This document shows, in pieces, positions 1 through 11,408 of a stretch of DNA of 64,000 bases; position 1 is the stretch's first letter, and each line of letters begins with the position of its first letter. Under the pieces are notes generated by a model. The model ran no database searches. It was not told the DNA's origin and saw only the letters and a program-made list of their open reading frames with translations. The DNA is taken from NCBI GenBank assembly GCA_964016885.1, contig OZ024751.1, positions 21,328,001-21,392,000 on the forward strand, written 5' to 3'. Position numbers and translations under genes: made by a program. Origin of the DNA: Eledone cirrhosa. Lineage: Eukaryota.

Positions 1-107
1 CCTGAAACCTTTGGTAATGGAATAATTATATTGTGTTGTTTATTATGTAATTAAATAGCTCTGTACTATACATATAGCACTCTTCTTTCCTTCACCTCTT
101 ATACGGA
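1..107 (+). mobile_element. HHR-element 3' half and tail, cut by the window edge; family of 1373-1592
   Basis: GAAACCTTTGGTA-ATGGAATAATT...tgttgtttatta...agcactctt aligns with the HHR 3' half and tail of the 1373-1592 element. Ends in (TA)n. Confidence 0.65.
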
Positions 108-332
108 TATATATATATATATATATATAGATAAATCTACCAAAATATACGGTAGTGTCCAATCCGTATGAACAACTCAATGTAATCCAAATATCATGAA
201 AAGAGAAGATGCATTCAAAAATTTTCGATAAATATCATAGGATCTTAATTTAATTTATATATACATATATATATATATATATAAAATTACTAAGTCAAAC
301 ATGTTAAATTTGTCTTCGCTTATTATAATTCT

Positions 333-385
333 CTGCTATATATATTTCAGTTACAGCCATTATTGGCTGTGACCTCATCAGGCAG
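333..385 (-). ncRNA. Type I hammerhead ribozyme, complete
   Basis: Minus strand reads CTGC-CTGATGA-GGTCACAGCCA ataa TGGCTGTAACT-GAAA-TATATAT-A-GCAG. Stem I CTGC/GCAG, long stem II, palindromic stem III, AUA cleavage triplet. Lies in island 284-497 between (TA)n tracts. Confidence 0.85.
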
Positions 386-770
386 TACGAATTAATGTAG
401 AAAAAACAGGTAAACATGGTGTCGTAATTCGTTCCACTGTCAATTCATCGATATGTCCAGCTCCTGGGTGTGTTGTTAGTCCACAGGGGAACTGGAATAT
501 ATATAGGTAACCCATACACTATAGAAACAATTGTTACCTAATAAATTCTGTATACCCGCATTTCCATTTCATAAACTTCTTCTCTCTCTATATATATATA
601 TATATATTTATATATATAAAATATATATAGTAATAATAATAAATGTGAAGTCTAAAATCCGAAGAGGACTCGATAAGGATAAATATATATCAGGAGATCC
701 TGTTAAGGGTGAAAGCAGCGATTCTTTGCTTAAACTTTAATCTGCTATTTTAATAAATATATATATATAT

Positions 771-1108
771 GTTTAAGCAAAGGGATATTTAATTTGTTGG
801 TAATTCAACAGATATATATATTTATAACTGATTCGAAGCACTCAACAGATTTTCTGGAGTATAATATCAATGATATTAATAAATGGAAATTATATTTATA
901 AAACCATATTTATTCTATTATATATATTTCAAGGGCACCAAAACTCTTGAACCGTTAAGATCTCCTTCCTGGATATGTCAATATTTATAAAACAAACTTT
1001 GTATTTTATCTGATGAGAGCGTACCAAAGTTTTGGTACCCTTGAAATATATATAATAGGATAAATATGGTTTTATAAATATAGTTTCCATTTATTAATAT
1101 CATTGATA

Positions 1109-1109
<1 letters not shown>
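771..1109. mobile_element. Fold-back HHR mini-element resembling an inverted PLE pLTR
   Basis: Inverted arms about 864-945 and 1028-1109 around the HHR, (TA)n on both sides, homologous to about 20577-20812. Confidence 0.8.
1002..1062 (+). ncRNA. Type I hammerhead ribozyme, complete
   Basis: TATTTTAT-CTGATGA(1010-1016)-GAGcGTACCAAA gt TTTGGTACcCTT-GAAA(1043-1046)-TATATAT-A(1054)-ATAGGATA. Stem I is 8 bp with two G:U pairs. Homolog at 20708-20772 keeps the pairing. Confidence 0.88.
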
Positions 1110-1169
<60 letters not shown>

Positions 1170-1170
<1 letters not shown>

Positions 1171-1353
1171 GTAGGTCCCGGGTTGAGTCGGGGATAACCA
1201 CAGTAAGTAAGGTACTCAATACATGGCAGAGTAAAATATTTTTATTTTATAGAAGGAGCTTCTACAGGACTAGTACTGTTTCATTGAGCTTCCTGAAGAT
1301 TTCATCTGAATGAAACAGTACTAGTCCTGTAGAAGCTCCTTCTATAAAATAAA
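1170..1353. mobile_element. Fold-back HHR mini-element
   Basis: Perfect inverted arms 1241-1285 and 1309-1353. Extra tail 1170-1240 contains gtactcaatac. Flanked by (TA)n. Confidence 0.8.
1286..1338 (+). ncRNA. Type I hammerhead ribozyme, complete
   Basis: GAGCTTC-CTGAAGA(1293-1299)-T TTCA tc TGAA T-GAAA(1312-1315)-CAG tactagtc CTG-T-A(1331)-GAAGCTC. Perfect 7-bp stem I, GUA triplet, palindromic ACTAGT in loop III. Confidence 0.85.
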
Positions 1354-1372
1354 TATATATATATATATATAT

Positions 1373-1592
1373 AAATGAAGTAATTCCGTCGGAAAAGTCC
1401 AGGAAAAAAGAGTGCTCTATGTAGGTAACAAAGCTTAATAGTTATGTAATAAACAACATAAGGCAATTATTCCATTTACCAGTGGTTTCTTAAACCAGGA
1501 TTTTTTCATTCTGATGATTGAAAGCAAAATTTTTTGCTTTTAAGAAACCACTGGTAAATGGAATAATTGCCTTATGTTGTTTATTACATAAT
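1373..1592. mobile_element. Fold-back HHR mini-element
   Basis: Perfect inverted arms 1442-1494 and 1539-1591. Extra tail 1373-1441. Flanked by (TA)n. Confidence 0.8.
1504..1563 (+). ncRNA. Type I hammerhead ribozyme, complete
   Basis: TTTCATT-CTGATGA(1511-1517)-TTGAAAGCAAAA tt TTTTGCTTTTAA-GAAA(1544-1547)-CCACTGG-T-A(1556)-AATGGAA. 7-bp stem I, 11-12-bp stem II, GUA triplet. Confidence 0.88.
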
Positions 1593-1706
<114 letters not shown>

Positions 1707-1876
1707 TGTGTGTGTGTGTGTGTGTGTGTGTGTTTATGTGTGTCTCTGTGGAGGGGCGGAGCTGTGAAAGTCCATTTCTTTTTATTGTGTGATTAAATTA
1801 ACTGAAATATTTACGCCTGGTAGATGATAATGTCCGTCTGTCTGTTTGTCTGTCCATCAGCGTGTCTGTGTCAGCT

Positions 1877-1908
<32 letters not shown>

Positions 1909-2021
1909 TCTCTCACTCGTTTCTTCTGGATATCTGGCTATATATCTGTCTGTCTGTCATTCAGTCCCATCATCACAAGTTTGCACCAAATTTTCTCTCT
2001 TAAAATATAAATATCAACAAT

Positions 2022-2065
<44 letters not shown>

Positions 2066-2469
2066 CGAGAACAATAATAATAATAATAATAATTTTTTTT
2101 TTTCTTCTGAAAATTGGAATGAAATAATTCAGTTACACTTGTGGTTGTTGTTGTGGTTGTTGTTGTGGTTGTTGTTGTTGTTGGTGGTGGTGGTGGTGGT
2201 GTTGTTGTTGTTGGTGGTGGTGGTGTTGTTGTTGGTGGTGGTGGTGGTGGTGTTGTCTTTCCCCATCTTATCTCTTTCTGTCAATAGTTCTTTCTTTACC
2301 ATTTCTCCTGCTCCAGCACCTCCTCCTCCACCCCAGCATAACCAACACCAACACCGTCACCACAATCATCACCAACCTCATCATCACCATAACCACCACC
2401 ACCACCATCACCACCATTATCACCACCACTGCCATTGTCTCTCATCCTCTGACGCTAACATACAAACAC

Positions 2470-2508
<39 letters not shown>

Positions 2509-2544
2509 CGCCTGTGTGTATATATATATATATACATCCATACG

Positions 2545-2597
<53 letters not shown>

Positions 2598-2730
2598 GTA
2601 TATATATATATATATATATATATACGTATATATATATATATATATATATATATACGTATATATATATATATATATATACATACATCTGTATATATATATC
2701 TACGTGTGTGTGTATATATATATACATACT

Positions 2731-2780
<50 letters not shown>

Positions 2781-2927
2781 AATATATATATATATGTAGA
2801 AATATATGGAGAATAGAAATGGCTGTGTAGTTGCTATTATATATATATGGTATATATATATATATACATACGTGTATATATATATATGCACACACACCTA
2901 TATACATATATATATGTATATATATGA

Positions 2928-3105
<178 letters not shown>

Positions 3106-3663
3106 TATAGACCCATTTGATTGAATACTTCTGAAAGAAAACTTATTTGCTATTCTGTAGAAACTTTCTCTTTGTCTTCTTCACTTTCCTTCTTTCACGC
3201 CATTTTTTTTTTTTTTCAATTGCCTTCTTCGAAAAAATAAAATAGTAATTAAAAAAAAAAACAAGAAAAACTATACAATGAAATAGAATAAAATAAATAT
3301 CTAATTGAATAAATTAATAACATTTTTTAAAATATATAATCTTTAAAAAATATAATCTTGCTACGTTATAAACTCACTCCATTGCACTCCGTCAAAAGAC
3401 AACAGTTTTACAGTGGCAGTGGTGGTGATGGTGGTGGTGGTGGTGATGGTGGTGGTGGTGGTTTTTGGTGGTGGTGGTGGTGGTGGTGGTGGTGGTGGTG
3501 ATGGTGATGGTGATGGTGGTGGTGATGAGAGGGGTGGTGGGTGGGGGTGGGGATTGTAGTGGCAGTGGTGGTGGAGGTGATGGTGGTGGTTTTTGGTGGT
3601 GGTGGTGGTGGTGGTGGTGGTGGTGGTGGTGGTGATGAGAGGGGTGGTGGGTGGGGGTGGGGA

Positions 3664-4372
3664 TCTCCAGTACTTAACTGCTACGTTATATTATCGAACT
3701 AGGAAGAAAGAAAGTCAACGCTAACTTCGGCTGGATTTGAAATCAGAACGTAGAAAATCGTAAATAAATCCTGCAATGCATTTTGTCCGACGCTCTACCG
3801 ATTCTATTGCTTATCCAGAACACTGATAACAACAACAACAACAACAAGAGCTACCATCATGAAAGCATACATGGCCAACTCTATCGCAAACGACACAGTC
3901 ACCAAAGAACCAGCGAGAGAGCATTAATATTGGTTTCTGATTTAGACACAAGGCCATGAATTTGGTGGGACGGGTAAGTCGATTAAATCGACTCCAGTGC
4001 GTTACTGGTATTTTATTTTATTGACCTCCTAAGGATGAAAGGCAAAGCTAACATCGGCGGGGTTTGAACTCAGAACATAAAGGGCCATAACTCTATGCTG
4101 CAAAGTATGGTGTCCAATGCTCTACAGATTGTGCCAATCCTCTACCCTTATTAGTTTCTGATTTAGACACAAGGCCAACAATTTTAGGGAGGGGAAAGTC
4201 TATTAAATCGACCCCAGTGCGTTACTGGTATTTTATTTGATCGACCTCGCAAGGATGAAAAGCAAAGCTAACCTCGGCAGGATTTGAACTCGGAACGTAA
4301 AGAGCAGTAAGTATTATATATGCCACAAAGCATAGTGTCCGACGCTCTACAGATACTGCCAACCCACCGCCC
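3664..4372 (-). mobile_element. tRNA-derived SINE family 1, three copies
   Basis: Minus-strand consensus TGGCAGTATCGG (A box)...GAGTTCAAATCC (B box), then GCCTTTCATCCTTACGGGGTCGATAAAATAAAGTACCAGT. Copies at about 3664-3810, 3933-4150 and 4154-4372. Confidence 0.8.
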
Positions 4373-5587
4373 TAATAGTAGTAGTTATAACGAAAGCAAC
4401 AACAACAGCAACTACAGCAACACCAGTAAAAACTACAACAACAACAACAACAACAACACCAGTAAAAACTACAACAACAACAACAACACCAGCAAAAACT
4501 ACAACAACAACATGTATAGCAACAATATCAACAACGACAACAGCAAACACAACAGGAAACACTACAACAATATCAATGGTAACACTACAACAACAACAAC
4601 AACATCAATAACAATAACGGGTATAACTACAATAACATGCAACACCACGATCCCCACCATACAAACAACAACAACAACAATAAAAACAACAACAACAACA
4701 ACAACAATAATAACAGCCATAACAACAATAACAACTATAAATTAAGTTTTTAACAAAATTAACAACATAAATATAAAGGTAGGGAAAAAATAGTTGGAAA
4801 ATGCAAAGCTGTGGAAAAACTATTAATTATGTTGAAACAACGGCCCAGGGGGATGGATAGTAAATATTGTGTGTTTTATAGAGGGTAGTGGGGGTGGAGT
4901 AGTGAGAAAGAGGGTGAGTTATAAAGGAGGTATTGTAGTGATGGAGAGAACGGAGCTTATAGAAGGAGGGGGGGTTGTAGTCATGGAAGAACGGAGCTTA
5001 GAACGGGGGGGGGGTCGTAGTAAGAAAAAAGTGTGCGGTGGATTTAGGGGTTATCGGGAGGGGACATGTTAGCAAGAGAAAAAAAAAAGAGAGAGAGAGA
5101 GAGGGGCCGGGAGGAGATTGGAGGCCTTTATCGTGAATGATTTTGTAGTTAAAGTGGGGGGGGGGGGGTTATAGGGAGATGTTTTAACGAGAGAGAGAAA
5201 GAGAGAAGAGGTGGTGTTGTAGTGAGAGGGAGAGAAGGGGAGCTTATAGTAGTTGATGTAGTGAGAGAGAAAGAGAGGTGGTTCATAGAGGGTGGTGGAG
5301 TTTTAGTAAGAGAGAGAGAGGGGGGTGTTTCTTTGGTGCAGTCTGTTCCTGCATAATAATATTGATCTCAGGGTTCAATACACATGTAATAGAACAGGAT
5401 TAAGGAAAGGATTTAGGGGGTTAGGTGGGGTGGGGGACAATAAATATATACGGGGAGAAAGAAAGCGAGAAAAAAATAAAGAAAGAAAATAAATAAGAAA
5501 GAAAGAAAGAAAGAAAGAAAACAAAGAAAAGAAAGTAATATGGCTGTTTAAAAGTTGGATATGTATTCAATATGTGTGTGAATATAT

Positions 5588-5643
<56 letters not shown>

Positions 5644-5981
5644 ATATAAATCTAGGGAACAAGCAACGAACATGCATGTATGTATACACACATGCACGAC
5701 TTTTTCTCTTCTATCTTACTTAAAATGTCACACAAATTATTCATACAAGTTTGTCTCTTATAATAACTAAAATTGGTAAAGCTGCTGCTGCTAACTCGAA
5801 CCAATCATTCACCATTCACAACACATGCTTTCTATCCCCCCCCCCCCCCCCACACACACACACGTTAAGGGTGAAAGCAGCGATTCTTTGCTATAATCTG
5901 TTATTTTTATATATATATATATATGACCGAAATGGGACCTTAAGAATATGATACACTTACTACCGTAGGTGTATCATATAT

Positions 5982-6269
<288 letters not shown>

Positions 6270-6356
6270 CGTAAAAGGTAAACAGAAATAACAACACAAT
6301 CCGTACAGTATATGGAAAGTATATATTAGGTTAACGCTAGATATTGCAGGAAGACG

Positions 6357-6394
6357 TTCTTAACGTTTCGGACGCTAGTCCTTCATCATAAGAA
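6357..6394 (-). ncRNA. Minimal hammerhead with C3 mutated (element about 6272-6435)
   Basis: Minus strand TTCTT-ATGATGA-A-GGAC tagc GTCC-GAAACGT-T-AAGAA, with palindromic AACGTT in stem III. Confidence 0.65.
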
Positions 6395-6431
6395 AGAATG
6401 AGAAATAAAATAGATTAAGGGAACGGGCGGG

Positions 6432-6474
<43 letters not shown>

Positions 6475-6476
6475 TA

Positions 6477-6560
6477 GGAAAAGAGTCAGGACCCCGACGG
6501 CTGAGCTCCGGCCGTTTCGACAGCTAGATCCGATCTAGTTCGGATCTAGCTGTCGAAACG
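6477..6560. mobile_element. Family A, subfamily B hairpin
   Basis: ggaccccgacggctgagctccggccgtttc-gacagctagatccga tctagt tcggatctagctgtc-gaaacg. Confidence 0.75.
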
Positions 6561-6595
6561 ACCATCTTTCTATTTCATTTTTTATTTCTTATTGT

Positions 6596-6633
6596 ATCTT
6601 CTGATGAAGGATTATTCTCTGAAACTTTCAGAT
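6596..6633 (+). ncRNA. Decayed minimal hammerhead, sister of 6357-6394 (element about 6565-6720)
   Basis: ATCTT-CTGATGA-AGGATTATTCTCT-GAAACTTTC-AGAT. Shares the downstream tail (agcgttaa.ctaatatat...gttatttctgtttac) with the 6272-6435 copy. Confidence 0.55.
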
Positions 6634-6826
6634 TCTTTTCCTACTATATTAAGCGTTAAACTAATATATTTCTTTATTGCGCTGCGTCGTTTGCTTCGTT
6701 ATTTCTGTTTACTTTTTGCACAGAGAGAGGGGGTGGGAGAGAGAGAGAGAGGGAAAGAGAGAGAAGATCCTGTTAAGGGTGAAAGCAGCGATTCTTTGCT
6801 TAAACTTTAATCGGTTATTTTAATAA

Positions 6827-6908
<82 letters not shown>

Positions 6909-7027
6909 ATGAGTTTGAATTATTTTTCCCACATCTTACGTTAACTATTTTCCCATTTTGACGCTATAGTCACTTATATATTATGGAATACTGTTGGCTT
7001 CTTGCTACAATAATTTCTATACTTTTC

Positions 7028-7098
<71 letters not shown>

Positions 7099-7355
7099 TT
7101 ATTCGTTTCTTCTTTCGAATGTTACGTCTTCATCTATAACCCCACACACCTGCCCTCTCACTTCCCCCAACCCCACATCTGTCCAACTCCATCACCTCGT
7201 TGACTAACTTATCAAATATATCATAAGATATGTCGCCCAATAATAAGAGGTGATATCAGATATTAGATATCAGATATTACACTTATATCACTTTACACAT
7301 AATTCACATACTTTAACCCACTTGTTGTTTTACATAATTCATATATATATATATA

Positions 7356-7546
7356 GGAAAATGTTTGACCCCGACGGCAGAGCTCAAGCCGTTTGGACGG
7401 CTATTTCTGTCCAGAAATAGCCGTCGAAACGGCTTGAACTCTACCGTCGGGGTCAAACATTTTCCTATTACCCACTCTACTACCCTTAGTATTGAGTACT
7501 CTGGTGCGTTATGGTCCATCTGGTTCCTTACCACACTTCCTTGGTT
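7356..7546 (+). mobile_element. Family A fold-back element
   Basis: Hairpin of about 55 bp per arm centred near 7410, plus a tail of about 80 nt. Flanked by (TA)n. Confidence 0.85.
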
Positions 7547-7562
7547 ATATATATGTATATAT

Positions 7563-7643
<81 letters not shown>

Positions 7644-7792
7644 TAGATATATATATAAACACCTTGCATATTTCTATAGGTACCTAGTGCCTGTTGAAAT
7701 ATCCATACCCTTTTATAATTTTTCTCCTTATTTAGAGAACAAAACGTTGTATCGTGCTGCTGTTTTTAGTGGCACTATCAACAAGTTTATAA

Positions 7793-7968
7793 TTGTTTCT
7801 ACTTTAGGCACAAGGCCAGCAATTACCCAGTGCATTACTGGTACTTTATTTTATCGACCCCGTAAGGATGAAAGGCAAAGTCAACCTCGGCGGGATTTGA
7901 ACTCAGATCGTAAAGGGACGTAACTATGCTGGAAAGCATGGCGTCCGACCCTCTACCGATACTGCCAA
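7793..7968 (-). mobile_element. SINE family 1, short variant
   Basis: gtttctactttaggcacaaggccagcaattacccagtgcattactggtac...gatttgaactc...ctctaccgatactgcca. Confidence 0.88.
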
Positions 7969-8088
7969 AGCTCTTACTTGCGACCTGATTTTGCGTGTGT
8001 GTCATTTTAACGGCCTGACCGCATGCGTTAGTCAGGAAGCGAAATATTGATTTACTGTGAGATTAGCAACCTTATAGTATGGAAATAA

Positions 8089-8168
8089 GCTGTCTGAAGA
8101 TCTAATTCTTTCCATTGGAAATTCTCTGGATTTCCAATCTTTGGATTGGTGAAACCGTCGGTAACAGC
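8089..8168 (+). ncRNA. Type I hammerhead ribozyme with extended stem II, complete
   Basis: GCTGT-CTGAAGA(8094-8100)-T CTAATTC..ATTGGAAATTC tct GGATTTCCAAT..GGATTGG T-GAAA(8151-8154)-CCGTCGG-T-A(8163)-ACAGC. The downstream tail runs into (TA)n at about 8242. Confidence 0.88.
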
Positions 8169-8238
8169 AATAGAACAGGTGATTATTTAAATAGTTTTTT
8201 AATTTATTTAGAGAATTGTTTGATAATTGCTTGCTCCG

Positions 8239-8286
<48 letters not shown>

Positions 8287-8289
<3 letters not shown>

Positions 8290-8509
8290 ATAATAATAAA
8301 TTTGAAGACTAAAATCCAAAGAGGGCTCGATAAGGATAAATATATATCAAATATATAAGAACGGTAGAGCAAATATTTATTAAAATAACAGATTAAAGTT
8401 TAAGCAAAGAATCGCTGCTCTCACCCTTAACGGGATCTTCTGAAACTCAGAAGATCCCGTTAAGGGTGAAAGCACCGATTCTTTGCTTAAACTTTAATCT
8501 GTTATTTTA

Positions 8510-8517
<8 letters not shown>
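8287..8517 (-). mobile_element. Fold-back (TA)n-embedded family C, fullest copy
   Basis: Tail, then inverted arms of about 75 bp centred on tctga-aac-tcaga. Partial copies at 630-758, 5864-5908, 6764-6829, 22746-22780, 22896-22930, 41326-41370 and 52958-53130. Confidence 0.8.
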
Positions 8518-8570
<53 letters not shown>

Positions 8571-8843
8571 CATATCGACCTTATTTTAGTATTTTAGTGA
8601 GACCAGTCCCCCGTTAATGCCTTGTCCCTCCACCTCATACACGCACATACATACACTCAAGCACACACACACACACACACACCGAGACCGATACACCCCC
8701 CCATCCCTCACTCTTCCTCCCCCCACTGCTGGATATCGTGGACAGGACGAACGATAACATCTCCCTAATATGGACCTCATTACATTGAACATTCTTGACA
8801 GAAAAGGAGAGACATTATACATCTCATATATATATATATATAT

Positions 8844-8879
<36 letters not shown>

Positions 8880-8881
<2 letters not shown>

Positions 8882-9065
8882 AACGAGTAGGACCCCGACG
8901 GCTGAGCTCAAGCCGTTTCGACGGCTAATTCTGGACTAGCCGTCGAAACGGCTTGAGCTCAGCCGTCGGGGTCCTACTCGTTCCTATTACCCACTCTACT
9001 ACCCTAAGTATTGAGTACTTTGGTGCGTTGTGGTCCACCTGGTTCCTTACCATATTTCCTTCGTT
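8880..9065 (+). mobile_element. Family A fold-back element
   Basis: Near-perfect hairpin 8880-8985 plus tail. Flanked by (TA)n. Confidence 0.85.
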
Positions 9066-9103
9066 ATATATATATATATATATATATACATGTGTGTGCA
9101 TGC

Positions 9104-9137
<34 letters not shown>

Positions 9138-9726
9138 TTATGTATGGGATATATATATTTATATGGGATGTCTATATATTTTTATGTGTGTGTGTGAGTG
9201 TGTGTGTGTGAGTGTATGTGTGTGAGTATGTATGTGTGTGTGTGCTCAAATATGTTCCTATTTCGTAGTTCCGGTTCCATTCTAGATTGCATTACTATTC
9301 GGAATGGAATGCTGTACATAATTTCGTAAACACTATTTCTTATCATAGGTTTGATCATAAATATCTTCTAGAACTTTCCTAACAGGACTTCACTTTATGT
9401 GACATTCGATTCTAAGACATTTCAGCTTTAATGGCTGCGTGGATAAATAGTTAGCTTTGCAACCACATGGTTCTGGCTTCATTTCAGCTGCGTGGTACTT
9501 TGGCAAGGCTAGTGTCTTCTATCATTGCCTCGGATTGACCAATGCCATGCGAGTTTAATTTAGCCGACGGAAATTGCAGAAATCCGTCGTGTGTATAAAA
9601 TCGATAAAAAAAAAACGGGCTTGTTAATTTAAATTTTTAGGGTATCTTTATTAAAGGACTGGTCATCGTGGCGATTTGCAGTATTAGAGAAAAGACTTTA
9701 GTATTTAATGTGATGCAGTTATATTG

Positions 9727-10040
9727 GTTTCAAAGCTAACATCGGCGGGATTTGAATCCGGAACGTAAAGGGCCATAACTCTACGCTGCAAAGCATGGTG
9801 TCCAACGCTCTACCGATTGGCCAGTCCACTATCCTTAATGGTTTCTGATTTAGGCACAAGACCAACAATGTGGAAGGAGGGGAAAGTCGATTAAATCGAC
9901 CCAGGTACATTACTGGTACTTGATTTTATCGACCCCGTAAGGATGAAAGGCTAAGCTAAACTCGCCTGGATTTGAACTCAGATCGTAAAGAGGCGTAACA
10001 CTATGCCATAAAGCATGTTGTCCGACGCTCTACCGATACT
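9727..10040 (-). mobile_element. SINE family 1, two tandem copies
   Basis: Same motifs, joined head to tail at about 9838. Confidence 0.8.
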
Positions 10041-10586
10041 ATATTGCTGTTTTATACTTTTCAAGAATGCCTTGCTATTGTGGTTTCATGAGGGACAGGA
10101 AATGTCAACCAATTTTTTTTAATGACAATTTATTTTAAACAAATTCGTAATAGAGACTCCATTAAAAAATTTAGTAATTTTTCGAAATCACTCTAAATTC
10201 TTGAAATTTTTGGTTTGTTTCTTTACTAAATCGCTGGATATTTTCACTAGAAATATAGCAATTGCAATAATATGAGATATTCACTATAACATCAACCAAC
10301 GGATGTTGAAACATAATAGCAATCACATTAGTCTCGCTCCTGATGAAAAACGTTCCAGACGTGACCATCCTGTAATTTTACATGTATTTTGGACAACATT
10401 ATCTAATGAGTCCTTTCTTTATTTTAGATAAAGATGGTAAACAATTTGAAGAAAAAAATCAAATGAAATTTACAGCTCACACCTATGAAGATTTAATTGG
10501 CCTCCAACGAAGTTGGAGCTCATATGAGATCTCTCAAGTGTTTTAATGATACAGCTCCTAGTCTTACAGCTCCTAGTCTTATTATA

Positions 10587-10798
10587 CGAGGGTAATCCCA
10601 AAAGTAAGGTCTCCAAAACGATGAGGACGCAGAGAAACTGTTCGTACGGCTGTTGGCAACACTGTTGTGATTGGTGCTTCCTTCAATCCCAAACAAGCAT
10701 GCGCGCGCTTCGCTGGAATGCTCAATCTTGGCTTGGCAGCCGTTGAGAATGGAGCTCTCGTTGAACGCTACCGCCAGGTGAGAATTTTGCGCAGTTAT
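10587..10798 (+). mobile_element. Mariner 5' end fragment
   Basis: TA-CGAGGGTAATCCCAAAAGTAAGGTCTCC TIR, then a leader and a decayed start MELSLNATAR*EFCAVI. Confidence 0.65.
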
Positions 10799-10804
10799 TA
10801 TATA

Positions 10805-10980
10805 CGAGGGCAATCCCAAAAGTAAGGTCTCCTTCCGAAGAAAACATGCGTAAAGATCGGCGGATCACTCTGGTTGCTCTCTGCATTTTGGTTCCTGAGG
10901 TTTCCCGAAGCACCATCCACAGGATTTTAACGGAAAAGTTGCAATATCGGAAGGAGACCTTACTTTTGGGATTGCCCTCG
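10805..10980 (+). mobile_element. Mini-mariner (176 bp) with perfect 34-bp inverted ends
   Basis: CGAGGGCAATCCCAAAAGTAAGGTCTCCTTCCGA and its reverse complement at 10947-10980, TA flanks. Interior reads EENMRKDRRITLVALCILVPEVSRSTIHRILTEKLQYRK, a mariner HTH segment. Confidence 0.88.
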
Positions 10981-11011
<31 letters not shown>

Positions 11012-11022
11012 CCTATATATAT

Positions 11023-11223
11023 AACGAAGGAAATGTGGTAAGGAACCAGGTGGACCATAACGCACCAAAGTACTCAATACTTAGGGTAGTAGAGTGGGTA
11101 ATAGGAACGAGTAGGACCCCGACGGCTGAGCTCAAGCCGTTTCGACGGCTAATTGTGGACGCGATTCTGTCCAGAATTAGCCGTCGAAACGGCTTGAGCT
11201 CAGCCGTCGGGGTCCTACTCGTT

Positions 11224-11226
<3 letters not shown>
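11023..11226 (-). mobile_element. Family A fold-back element
   Basis: Tail followed by a hairpin with centre tggac-gcgattct-gtcca. Flanked by (TA)n. Confidence 0.85.
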
Positions 11227-11305
<79 letters not shown>

Positions 11306-11307
11306 GG

Positions 11308-11408
<101 letters not shown>

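Noticed and set aside
505-590. GAAACAATTGTTACCTA with a short inverted repeat as an HHR half
   Set aside because: Compatible with the fold-back pattern but too short, with no CUGANGA and no second copy.
8880-9065. Family A as a classical TA-targeting MITE
   Set aside because: The inverted repeat is not terminal: an 80-nt tail lies on one side only and hairpin centres vary. The arm matches a hammerhead 3' half.
10340-10375. CTGATGA as another hammerhead
   Set aside because: No properly placed GAAA, stem III or stem I.
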